A program made the translations under genes and the position numbers. A DNA stretch of 64,000 nucleotides from Octopus vulgaris (Eukaryota), in NCBI GenBank assembly GCA_951406725.2, contig OX597840.1, positions 23,064,001 to 23,128,000 on the forward strand. The letters are read 5' to 3'. The notes beneath the pieces are model-generated. The model did no database searches. It saw nothing but the letters and a program-made list of their open reading frames with translations, and was not told the origin of the DNA. Below are positions 1 through 11,318 of the stretch, in pieces (the first letter of the stretch is position 1; the number at the start of each line of letters is the position of its first letter).

Positions 1-1071
1 AGTAGAGAATGATTCACCACAGATATCACAGTGATATGGTTTCTCTCCTGTATGAACCCGTTTGTGTTGAGTTAAGTAACTGCTAGTAGAAAATGATTTA
101 CCACAGATATCGCAGGGATATGGTTTCTCCCCTGTATGAATACGCTTGTGTTTAGTTAAGTTACTGCCAACAGAGAATGATTTACCACAGATATCACAGT
201 GATATGGTTTCTCACCTGTATGAATACGTTTGTGTTTAGTTAAGTTACTCTTTTCAGTGTAAGATTTACCACAGATATCACAGTGATATGGTTTCTCTCC
301 TGTATGAACCCGTTTGTGTTGAGTTAAGTGACTGCTAGTAGAGAATGATTCACCACAGATATCACAGTGATATGGTTTCTCTCCTGTATGAACCCGTTTG
401 TGTTGAGTTAAGTAACTGCTAGTAGAAAATGATTTACCACATATATCACAGTGATATGGTTTCTCTCCTGTATGAACCCGTTTGTGTTGAGTTAAGTGAC
501 TGCTAGTAGAGAATGATATACCACAGATATCACAGGGATATGGTTTCTCTCCTGTATGGATACGTTTATGACGAGTTAAACTACTGCCAACAGAGAATGA
601 TTCACCACAGATATCACACTGATATGGTTTCTCTCCTGTATGAACCCGTTTGTGTTGAGTTAAGTGACTGCTAGTAGAGAATGATATACCACAGATATCA
701 CAGTGATATGGTTTCTCTCCTGTATGAACCCGTTTGTGTTGAGTTAAGTGACTGCTAGTAGAGGATGATATACCATAGATATCACAGGGATAAGTTTTCT
801 CTCCTGTATGGATACGTATATGTCGTATTAACTGACTGCTACTTAAGAATGATTTACCACAGATATCACAGTGATATGGTTTCTCTCCTGTATGAACCCG
901 TTTGTGTTGAGTTAAGTGACTGCTACTTAAGAATGATTTACCACAGATATCACAGTGATATTGTTGTTCCTTTGCATGAATTTGTTTGTGTTGATTGAAT
1001 TTACTTTCTTCTAAGAATGACTCTTTGCAGATGTCACAGTCATATGATGATTTTCTTAATTCTTCCGACAT
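1..1071 (-). CDS. C2H2 poly-zinc-finger protein, copy A (3' end runs off the window; >=12 fingers)
   Basis: ATG at 1071 ([15 protein letters not shown]), same context as 8435. 84-bp CxxC..HxxxH-TGEKPY repeats read open to base 1 by manual translation. Finger 4 has CDIYG (second Cys lost). Confidence 0.88.
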   Translation of the reverse strand, partial: MSEELRKSSYDCDICKESFLEESKFNQHKQIHAKEQQYHCDICGKSFLSSSHLTQHKRVHTGEKPYHCDICGKSFLSSSQLIRHIRIHTGEKTYPCDIYGISSSTSSHLTQHKRVHTGEKPYHCDICGISFSTSSHLTQHKRVHTGEKPYQCDICGESFSVGSSLTRHKRIHTGEKPYPCDICGISFSTSSHLTQHKRVHTGEKPYHCDICGKSFSTSSYLTQHKRVHTGEKPYHCDICGESFSTSSHLTQHKRVHTGEKPYHCDICGKSYTEKSNLTKHKRIHTGEKPYHCDICGKSFSVGSNLTKHKRIHTGEKPYPCDICGKSFSTSSYLTQHKRVHTGEKPYHCDICGESFST

Positions 1072-1756
1072 CTCTTCAAGAAAAATAAAACTGAACCTTC
1101 AAGTTGTACAGATCAACAACTTATCAAAAATATTTCTTTTCTCACCAAAATTTATGGATATTTTTCTTCTTTTTGTTTTTATAGTTAATTCCAAACAAAT
1201 ATCACTTCTCTTATATTTCTTCTAAATGTGGTCAATGCCAATATTTAAAAATGTCGCAAATACTCTTAGGAAATCTATCAAAGTATATTTAAAACAGAAA
1301 ATTATCTCTTGCACATTCCAGACACAGAAGTAAAGAAATACTTTCTCTCCCTAGAGGAAATATTTTACTATAATTCAGCGATGTTTTATAGAAGCAGGAT
1401 TATACATTTGTAGAATATCTTTGCAGAGTCTTTCAAACATGATACGTATTGATGATTCTTTAAAAGTAAAAAATACTTTTTAGCCAATTTCATGTGATTT
1501 TCTGAAAGAATAGAAAAAATAATATAAGACATTAAGTAAGTTTAAAAGGCAGATATTCAAAAGTGCAAATTCACGACATTTCTGTTTTCATAAATTGTAG
1601 AAGTAATTTTTTATCTGAACTATTAAATTTATCCCATCTCTATTCTCAAGAGGTTTATATTACAGACATATCTATCGTAATAACACCTCCTGGACATTGC
1701 GTCTGTCCTAGAAACACACCAATATACATGTCAATGACACTAGACAGCTGATGTTT

Positions 1757-1970
1757 TCATCTGAAGGAGGTTTTCTCCATTGTATGAGTATGCTTGGGTC
1801 TAGTTAGGCAACTACTAACAGAGAATGATTCATCAATGATGTCACAGTGATATGGCTTCTCCCCTCCATGAACTCTTGTGTGAGTAGTGAAGTTACGTCT
1901 TTGATAGAATGACTTACCACAGATATTACAGTGATATGGTTTCTCCTCCAAATTAGTACGTTTGTGAACA
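1757..1970 (-). pseudogene. Degenerate ~2.5-finger C2H2 remnant (unit 1)
   Basis: [42 protein letters not shown]; Cys/His ligands lost and no MSEE leader. Confidence 0.8.
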
Positions 1971-3480
1971 CACACACCACCACACTCCAGACCAATTCTG
2001 ACCATCCCCCCCTGCAATATGAAAAACATGGTAGAAACCTTTTCTATTTTAAAATGAATTGAATCTTTTCACAGGAAAAGTGTCTGATTTAAAGGAGATT
2101 TGGCTGTTGTTTCTAGCACTTCCCAATACCACCCTCCTTGTTTTTCAATATTTCCCGCCATAAACACATTTACGCTATTAAAAAAAAATTAACGAAAAAT
2201 TTGAAAATCTATGATTTTTTTAAAAAACCCTACAATCACCTCTCGATTATTTTTGTTTATAATTCTAAAATGTTGGAGAGCCTGAGACGATTATTGCTGG
2301 GATTTATCTAGAGTGATTTTAATAAAAGAAAGACGAGTGTTGTCTCGCACGTACTAGATACAACAGCCAAATCTCCCTTAAATCACACATTTTCCCCTTG
2401 TCTCCTACCAAAAATCTTTGTAATCGTAATCAACTCAGTTCCGTGATAATAAATCTAATGTTTTAGTCACTTTGGAGATTTTTCATCGATAATCTATCAG
2501 CTTTTACTTTTGTTGATCTTTTCTCTGATTCTTAGCATTTATTATGTTCTTTTTTAACGACTTAATGATTCAATTAAGATAATGCTTCCTCTTAATTCGG
2601 TTTTGTATTTCGTAAGTATAAAAATGTGAAACCACACTTAAAACCATTCTCAGTGATATTTTGATTAATATTATTATAATGTCTATATATTTTAATGGAC
2701 ATAAAAATGTTTATAATGCTTCAAGCATGGAAAATTAAATTATTGGTGACTGATTTGAGTAAACTAAATTTCACAAGGCGATAGTTTTTAAACACTAGTG
2801 ATTCAGACTTCGTTTTATATGTCGTGTCGATATTTTTTTTTAATATCTTCACTACTAATGTTCGAGTAAAAGATTATATAATCGGGTTTTTATATTTATT
2901 TTTGGTCAAATTAGGTACTTCCTAGTGTTTCAATTCAAAGCCCTTTCATTTCATCTGTATACCATATTGCCTTTTCGTTTCAGTAATTTAAGCGCACATT
3001 CAAACTTTTATACATTCCCCATCTTTTCTTACAAATTACATCGTAATTTACCTGCATTTAACTAAATTGTCCAGTTTATATGTCAAAAAGAAAGAGGAAT
3101 TTTATCTGAACGAGGTATAAATCTGACATTAAGAAATATAGGAAATAACGGCGATCCGGAAGACGTAACCACAAATGCGATGAAATATTTAAAAGAGAAG
3201 GGATAACACAATGATACTTACTCTTTACAACGAACGTTACTTCATATTTTGCAGGTCAATGTAATAAAAAATGCCATATTTGCTTCTTTAGACATTCAGT
3301 TATCTATCGTGTATATTTTTGATTGGGTTTCCTCTTAAATATCAGTTTGAAAGTGAAACCGATCAAACAATCAAGGTGCGCGAGAAACAGGAGGAATAAA
3401 TGAAATAAAATTAGGAAGAGTTAACAAAGGGAACTAACTCCGTTCTTTAAATAATTGTGGCTGTACTTTATATATTTGAG

Positions 3481-3690
3481 TAGCAGTGTAGCCCGGCGTT
3501 GCTCGGTGTTAAGTTAGGATCGTTAAGTGATGAAGTGATTTATTTCAATCCAAAATAAGTGACAATGACATCACATTTGAGCGAAATCTGCTGAAATTGG
3601 CAAAAGTTTGGCTGAAAGTGGGATCGCAGGCAATTTGAATGGGAAATACCATAAGGAATCAGTTTATCGATTATTTCCACTCATCGATTA
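3481..3690 (+). mobile_element. Possible Helitron-like non-autonomous element 5' end (also ~10836 and ~18062)
   Basis: TAGCAGTGTAGCCCGGCGTTGCTCGG resembles the (AC)TAG..CCCGGCGTTGC.CGG terminus common in invertebrate Helitron-like repeats; recalled similarity only. Confidence 0.35.
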
Positions 3691-3960
3691 TAATAATAAT
3701 AATGAAATTATTGTATACAGTGCTCAAGTGCACCACAGCTTGTCAGAAAGTGCATATAAAGTATATGCAGTAATGTTCAAATGTCTGGGAAGCGAACAGT
3801 GTATGAGTCAGATACATGCTTGTGTGTGTATGGAGGGGAGAAAATCAGGTGTAGTGTTGGCGAATCTCAGGAAGCGTGGAAGTTTCGAAGGATGCAGTGC
3901 TCCGACAACTAACAACTGATGCCGGCAGTTTGTTCCATGCTTCAGCAACTCTCAGCGTGA
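3690..3960 (-). mobile_element. CR1/L2-type LINE 3' end fragment (unit 1)
   Basis: Minus strand reads TLRVAEAWNKLPASVVSC (CR1 ORF2 C-terminal RV..WNxLP motif), followed by a 3'UTR ending in an (ATT)n tail at ~3690. Confidence 0.7.
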
Positions 3961-4189
3961 TTGTTTTTTTTTTTTTTTTTTTGAGAACTTAAAGCATTCA
4001 ATGAGTCCTAAGTCTTTCGTTTGTCACTGTTATTTATGACATATTCCATCTCAGTTACGCTCGTATGAATAAACTAGGGTGTGTCAGCACCATAATCGTT
4101 CGTGCATTTCTACCGCTTCTAAGTTTTTTTATCCTGTTTTCTTGAATTTTTGTGACTCCCTCCCCCTCCAATTTCTTCCTTTTTCACTT

Positions 4190-4548
4190 TTTCCCTAAAC
4201 CTAACCGTAACAACCTAATCCTAAGTAGAAAAATTGTTGTAAAGTTCCTTAAAGGTAAAACCAGTACAAACGCCCGAGCGATGTCATAAATGAAAGTGGC
4301 AGACAAAATATACACCGCTGATAGTTGGTAACAACACCAGTAATTTTCTTCAGCTGAACACACATCATTGATTGGTTGAAATTACCGAATACGGCAACTT
4401 TAACACGAAATAATTTTGAATATAGAAAGTTTTCTCAACTACGCTAAGATTAAAAGATGTTCTATAAGACACATTCTGCCAGTATATAAAATTTCAAGGT
4501 GTTTAGTTAAAGAAAATTAATTGAGTTACCCAAGAAAAGGCAAGATCC
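4190..4548. mobile_element. Degenerate MITE related to the 38910-39321 family (also ~11560-11938, ~18770-19125, 63770-64000)
   Basis: Shares CATTGATTGGTTGAAATT, CATTCTRCCAGTATA and AAGTGTTTAGTT blocks and a terminal AAGATCC with 38910-39321; carries degenerate CCTAA repeats. Confidence 0.55.
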
Positions 4549-6489
4549 AAAGATATTAAGATTTGGGTGCAGGATTTAAGACGTATTTAGCTGTTATTTT
4601 TAGCACATCTCATGACTACCTCATAGCGTATGTGTTTTCAGCAGATAATAAGCCACAAAAACAACATGTGCTAGACTAACTTGGTAACAGCTTGGCTTGT
4701 TACTATGGTGACAGTCACCTATATGTCTGCAGATTTTGAGTGGCTAAAATTACACAAAATTGCAAACTTTAAAAGCTATTAACACTTTATTGATTTTTAG
4801 CAAAAATGAATTTCATGTCAATGATTACCTTAGAACGCTACAACAATACACCAAATATAAAATCAATTACAGTCAAAGTAGAGTTCAAAAAAGATCCGCC
4901 CAACATCCTTCATATTCCTTAGTCTTCTTTGGCAGAATTTAAATGCTTAAGTCACATCAGAAGAACCCAGCTAAACACTTTGTTTAATGAGCTAACGATC
5001 CTGCTAGTTTGCCACTCTCGTTTATTATCAATGAAAAAATTAAGAGGACCTATTTAAGAAAGAGAGGATGATTTGCATTTTTATAGCATTCATAGTTTTA
5101 GCTTTCATTGAATATACTTGGCATCTGTCTACATCCAATTCCTCACAACACCATCGGTGCCATCTTTTTCCTCTTTTTTATTACATCTTTTTAGTGTTCC
5201 ATGCTCTAGATCTGTGCATCTTTTCTCAGGCAGTTTGCAACTGTGTCTCTTGTGAATCCATAGTTTAGGCTAAATTAATCCTTAGAAACAAATATCAATC
5301 TCTTAAGTGAGAAGACGATAAACAAATTGCACAGAAGTGCAAGTGTTGAGTGATGGTCTCTAAAAAAAAGAAATTCCTTTTCACTATCAACACACCACCA
5401 CCACCACCATCATCATCACCACTATAAGTTTCAGGAACAAAATTTATTTCATTTCAGGTCTTTGATGATATCAACTTTTAACAATACGTAACCCTATCTG
5501 CCTCCACCGTCCATCACTTTCTATCTCCTTCTCTTTAACCTCACTCTCTCACAAATAATGTATCCTAAACATATCTCTTTCTCTTCATTTTTCCCTTCAG
5601 CTAACCTGTTAACCAAGTAATAAGTATTCCTTCTTCACTACACCACATATCATTAACACTTCTCCCTCCCACTTTGTCTCTCATTCTTCACCTCTACCTT
5701 CAGTTCACTACATGATTCTCTTAATGTTAACTAGTGGGACCTATGAATATTTCATGAAATTAATAGCAAACCTATTCGGTTATTTCTGAAAACTTTATCT
5801 AAAACCTCGAAAGTGTAGCCTGTGTTGTGTCTGTATCAAAAGATAGTCACCCATCTATTATTCATTGAAATGTGAAGGAAATTGGAATGTAATAATGACT
5901 CAATGCACTTCATATAGCTTATATATTTTATGCACAATTTTATAGACTTAATACACAGCACTCATAAAATAAATACTCACTCTTATTTTTCCATTTTGAC
6001 TATAAACAGATAAAATTACATTTTCAAATTGAAATGGTCAAATTATTCTTCTAGAAAACAAAAATTGTATAGTAAAATATAGGAGTCACAATTTCTTATG
6101 AGTAAAAATTTAACGTAACATGGTATACACTGAAAACCACATCATTGGTAACTTATAAGCCAAGGTGATGGGTCAGAGCCAATACAAATTTCAATTTGTA
6201 GGTGATACAAAAATTTACTTTCAATGAAAAGACAAAACCGTTTTCACTATGCACTTACCACCACATCATCTGTGTGTGTGTGTGTGTGTGTATTATTTTT
6301 TTGTGGGAGGTTTTGATAATATTTTTTGCAAGGTAATTACAAATCACATAAGGACAATAGAGAAAAGTTTGATACTATTTATTCAGCATTACATGTGTTT
6401 CATTTCCTAATAGGAATTACAAACATTTAGATCTAGTTTAAAAATGTAAAAGATTTCCTATAAGAAAATCTTTGAACATACATGTGTCT

Positions 6490-6745
6490 GTGTGTGGACC
6501 CTTGTCCAGTTAGCACATGATGCTCGTAAATGGCCATAATGACCATCATACTTGTGCAGTTCTTCATTTCCAGTCCTCTGCGTGAAATATGTCTCACCAG
6601 GGAAAATATGTCCCTGCCTAGAAACAGGTGAGGATTGGTGAAAGGAAAGGCATCCAGCCGAAGAAAATCTCCATCAACGAATTCCATCTGATCCACAGAA
6701 ACATGGAAAACTAAATTTTAAATGATGAGGATTATCATCATCGTA
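6490..6745 (+). mobile_element. Old RTE-tail retroposon, antisense in the 3' flank of ZNF genes (also ~13870-14125, ~21075-21330, and inverted at ~29335-29580, ~32060-32310, ~37255-37470, ~40080-40285, ~52580-52820, ~55405-55625)
   Basis: AAGGCATCCAGCCG..CATGGAAAA..TTAAATGATGA(GAT)n matches the 3' end of the RTE element at 47338-47470. Confidence 0.65.
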
Positions 6746-7235
6746 GTTCCTCTTCTGTATGAATGCATTTACATTTCAATAATTGATCCATTTTCATAGA
6801 TTGATTTAGCACAAAGAGCTTAGGTTACAGTTATATCTTTCATATTAACAGGACTGTGTACAAACAATTCACCATTTTGAAAGAATGATTCCGGTTTAAC
6901 ATCACAGTGATATGTTTTCCTTCCTCTCTCAATGGATGATTTCAAGTGAAAGATTTACTATAGATGTCACATTCATAACATCGTTTCAATCATGTGTAGA
7001 GATTTTCCTGAGGTACAAGCTTGACCTTCTGAGGGAATGTTATACAACAAATGTCACTGTGCTTTGGATCCTTTGCATAACGAATGCACCTGTGTTTAAT
7101 TAAATGATGTTTTTGTCAGAATGATTTACTGCAGATATCACAATGATATGGCTTTACACCAGAATGGATAAGTTTGTGTGTAGTTACAATACCCTTTTCG
7201 GAGAATGATTTGCCACAGATATAACAGTGATATGG

Positions 7236-8435
7236 TTACTCACCTGTATGAATACGTTTGTGTGTAGCTAAGTTACCTGCCTGACTGAATGATTTGCCAC
7301 AGATATCACAGTGATATGGTTTCTCACCTGCATGAATATGTTTGTGTTTAGTTAATTTACTCTTTTCAGTGAAAGATTTACCACAGATATCACAGTGATA
7401 TGGTTTATCTCCTGTATGAACCCGTTTGTGTTGAGTTAAGTGACTGCTAGTAGAGAATGATTCACCACAGATATCACAGTGATATGGTTTCTCTCCTGTA
7501 TGGATACGTTTATGACGAGTTAAACTACTGCCACCAGAGAATGATTCACCACAGATATCACAGTGATATGGTTTCTCTCCTGTATGAACCCGTTTGTGTT
7601 GAGTTAAGTGACTGCTAGTAGAGAATGATATACCACAGATGTCACAGGGATATGGTTTCTCTCCTGTATGGATACGTTTATGACGAGTTAAACTACTGCC
7701 ACCAGAGAATGATTCACCACAGATATCACAGTGATATGGTTTCTCTCCTGTATGAACCCGTTTGTGTTCAGTTAAGTGACTGCTAGTAGAGAATGAATTA
7801 CCACAGATATCACAGTGATATGGTTTCTCTCCTGTATGAACCCATTTGTGAGTAGTTAAGCTACCGCTTTGAGAGAATGATGTACCACAGATATCACAGG
7901 AATATGGTTTCTCTCCTGTATGAATACGTGTGTGTTGAGTTAAGCTACCGCTATGAGAGAATGATTTACCACAGATATCACAGTGGTGTGGTTTCTCCCC
8001 TGTATGAATACGTTTGTGCTTAGTTAAGCTATCGCTTCGAGAGAATGATTTACCACAGATATCACAGGGATATGGTTTCTCTCCTGTATGGATACGTTTA
8101 TGACAAGTTAAACTACTGCCAACAGAGAATGATTCACCACAGATATCACAGTGATATGGTTTCTCTCCTGTATGAACCCGTTTGTGTTGAGTTAAGTGAC
8201 TGCTTTTAGAGAATGATATACCACAGATATCGCAGGGATAAGTTTTCTCTCCTATATGGATACGTATATGTCGTATTAACTGACTGCTACTTAAGAATGA
8301 TTTACCACAGATATCACAGCGATATTGTTGTTCCTTTGCATGAATCTGTTTGTGTTGACTGAATTTACTTTCTTTTAAGAATGACTCTTTGCAGATGTCA
8401 CAGTCATATGATGATTTTCTTAATTCTTCCGACAT
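7236..8435 (-). CDS. C2H2 poly-zinc-finger protein, copy B (14 fingers, 399 aa, no effector domain)
   Basis: Uninterrupted ORF of 28-aa repeats with TGEKPY linkers. The stop is GAG TAA CCA TAT inside a linker. Confidence 0.93.
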   Translation of the reverse strand: MSEELRKSSYDCDICKESFLKESKFSQHKQIHAKEQQYRCDICGKSFLSSSQLIRHIRIHIGEKTYPCDICGISFSKSSHLTQHKRVHTGEKPYHCDICGESFSVGSSLTCHKRIHTGEKPYPCDICGKSFSRSDSLTKHKRIHTGEKPHHCDICGKSFSHSGSLTQHTRIHTGEKPYSCDICGTSFSQSGSLTTHKWVHTGEKPYHCDICGNSFSTSSHLTEHKRVHTGEKPYHCDICGESFSGGSSLTRHKRIHTGEKPYPCDICGISFSTSSHLTQHKRVHTGEKPYHCDICGESFSGGSSLTRHKRIHTGEKPYHCDICGESFSTSSHLTQHKRVHTGDKPYHCDICGKSFTEKSKLTKHKHIHAGEKPYHCDICGKSFSQAGNLATHKRIHTGE

Positions 8436-9119
8436 CTCTTCAAGAAAAATAAAACTGAACCTTCAAGTTGTACAGATCAATAACTTATCAAAAATATTTC
8501 TCCTCTCACCAAAATTTATGGATATTTTTCTTCTTTTTGTTTTTATAGTTTATTCCAAACAAATATCACTTCTCTTATATTTCTTCTAAATCTGATCAAT
8601 TCCAATATTTAAAAATGTTGCAAATACTCTTTGTAAATCCGTCAAAGTATATTTAAAAGAGAAAATTATCTCTTGCACATTCCAGACACAGAAGTAAAGA
8701 AATGCTTTCTCTCTCAGAGGAAATATTTTACTGTAACTCAGCAATGTTTTATAGAAGCAGGATTATACATTTGTAGAATATCTTTGCAGAGTCTTTCAAA
8801 CATGATACGTATTGATGATTCTTTAAAAGTAAAAAATACTTTTTAGCCAATTTCATGTGATTTTCTGAAAGAATAGAAAAAATAATATAAGATATCAAGT
8901 AAGTTTAAAAGGCAGATATTCAAAAGTGCAAATTCACGACATTTCTGTTTTCATAAATTGTAGAAGTAATTCTTTATTTGAACTATTAAATTTATCCCAT
9001 CTCTATTCTCAAGAGGTTTATATTACAGACATATCTATCGTAATAACACCTCCTGGACATTGCGTCTGTCCTAGAAACACACCAATATACATGTCAATGA
9101 CACTAGACAGCTGATGTTT

Positions 9120-9335
9120 TCATCTGAAGGAGGTTTTCTCCAGTGTCTGAGTATGCTTCGGTCTAGTTAGGCAACTACTAACAGAGAATGATTCACCAAT
9201 GATGTCACAGTGATATGGCTTCTCCCCTCCATGAACTCTTGTGTGAGTAGTGAAGTTACGTCTTTCATAGAATGACTTACCACAGATATTACAGTTATAT
9301 GGTTTCTGCTCCAAATTAGTACGTTTGTGAACACA
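9120..9335 (-). pseudogene. Degenerate C2H2 remnant (unit 2)
   Basis: Paralog of 1757-1970. Confidence 0.8.
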
Positions 9336-11044
9336 CACACCACCACAATCCAGACCAATTCTGCTCCCCCCCCCCCCCACCGCCATATGTAATGGAAAAC
9401 ATGTTAGAAACCTTTTCTATTTTAAAATGAATTGAATCTTTCCACAGGAAAAGTGTCTGATTTAAAGGAGATTTGGCTGTTGTTTCTAGCACTTCCCAAT
9501 ACCACCCTCCTTGTTTTTCAATATTTCCCGCCATAAACACATTTACGCTATTAAAAAAATTAACGAAAAATTTGAAAATCTATGATTTTTTTTAAAAACC
9601 CTACAATCACCTCTCGATTATTTTTGTTTATAATTCTAAAATATTGGAGAGCCTGAGAGGATTATTGCTGGGATTTATCTAGAGTGATTTTAATAAAAGA
9701 AAAACGAGTGTTGTCTTGCACGTACTAGAGTCAACAGCCAAATCTCCCTTAAATCACACATTTTTCCCTTGTCTCCTACCAAAAATCTTTGTAATTGTAA
9801 TGTACTCAGTTCCGTGATAATAAATCTAATGTTTTAGTCACTTTGGAGATTTTTCATCGATAATCTATCAGCTTTTACTTTTGTTGATCTTTTCTCTGAT
9901 TCTTAGCATTTATTATGTACTTTTTTAACGACATAATGACTCATTTAAGATAATGCTTCCTCTTAATTCGGTTTTGTATTTCCTAATTATTAAAATGTGA
10001 AACCACACTTAAAACCATTCTCAGTGACATTTTGATTATTATTATTATAATGTCTATATATTTTAATGGACATAAAAATGTTTATAATGCTTCAAGCATG
10101 GAAAATTAAATTATTGGTGACTAAAATTCACAAGGCGATAGTTTTTAAACAATAGTGATCAGCCTTCGTTTTATATGTCGTGTCGATAGTTTTTTTAATA
10201 TCTTCACTACAAATGTTCGAGTAAAAGATTATATAAACGGGTTTTTATATTTATTTTTGGTCAAATTAGGTACTTTCTAGTGTTTCAATTCAAAGCCCTT
10301 TCATTTCATCTGTATACCATATTGCCTTTTCGTTTCAGTAATTTAAGCGCACATTCAAACTTTTATACATTCCCCATCTTTTCTTACAAATTACATCGTA
10401 ATTTACCTGCATTTAACTAAATTGTCCAGTTTATATGTCAAAAAGAAAGAGGAATTTTATCTGAACGAGGTATTAATCTGACATTAAGAAATATAGGAAA
10501 TAACGGCGATCCGGAAGACGTAACCACAAATGCGATGAAATATCTAAAAGAGAAGGGATAACACAATGATACTTACTTTTTCCAACGAACGTTACTTCAT
10601 ATTTTGCAGGTCAATGTAATAAAAAATGCCATATTTGCTTCTTTAGACATTCAGTTATCTATCGTGTATATTTTTGATTGGGTTTCCTCTTAAATATCAG
10701 TTTGAAAGTGAAACTGATCAAACAATCAAGGTGCGCGAGAAACAGGAGGAATAAATGAAATAAAATTAGGAAGAGTTAACAAAGGGAACTAACTCCGTTC
10801 TTTAACTAATTGTGGCTGTACTTTATATATTTGAGTAGCAGTGTAGCCCGGCGTTGCTCGGTGTTAAGTTAGGATCGTTAAGTGATGAAGTGATTTATTT
10901 CAATCCAAAATAAGTGACAATGACATCACATTTGAGCGAAATCTGCTGAAATTGGCAAAAGTTTGGCTGAAAGTGGGATCGCAGGCAATTTGAATGGGAA
11001 ATACCATAAGGAATCAGTTTATCGATTATTTCCACTCATCGATT

Positions 11045-11318
11045 ATAATAATAATAATAATGAAATTATTGTATACAGTGCTCAAGTGCACCACAACTTG
11101 TCAGAAAGTGCATATAAGGTATATGCAGTAATGTACAAATGTCTGGGAAGCGAACAGTGTATGAGTCAGATACATGCTTGCATGTGTATGGAGGGGAGAA
11201 AATCAGGTGTAGTTTTGGCGAATCTCAGGACGCATGGAAGTTTCGAAGGATGCAGTGCTCCGACAACTAACAACTGATGCCGGCAGTTTGTTCCATGCTT
11301 CAGCAACTCTCAGCGTGA
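11045..11318 (-). mobile_element. CR1/L2-type LINE 3' fragment (unit 2)
   Basis: Duplicate of 3690-3960. Confidence 0.7.

Noticed and set aside
765-998. ORFs with MIYHRYH repeats (also 22356, 36394, 54733)
   Set aside because: Antisense shadow frames of the zinc-finger repeats.
1-1071. 84-bp periodic repeats as a CRISPR-like array
   Set aside because: They translate as C2H2 fingers; there are no unique spacers or cas genes and the context is eukaryotic.
3608-5268. Short ORFs recurring in every unit (3608, 4760, 5068 and copies)
   Set aside because: Recurrence reflects recent duplication. They mostly have non-ATG starts, overlap repeats (3608 is antisense to a CR1 tail) and show no recognisable domain.
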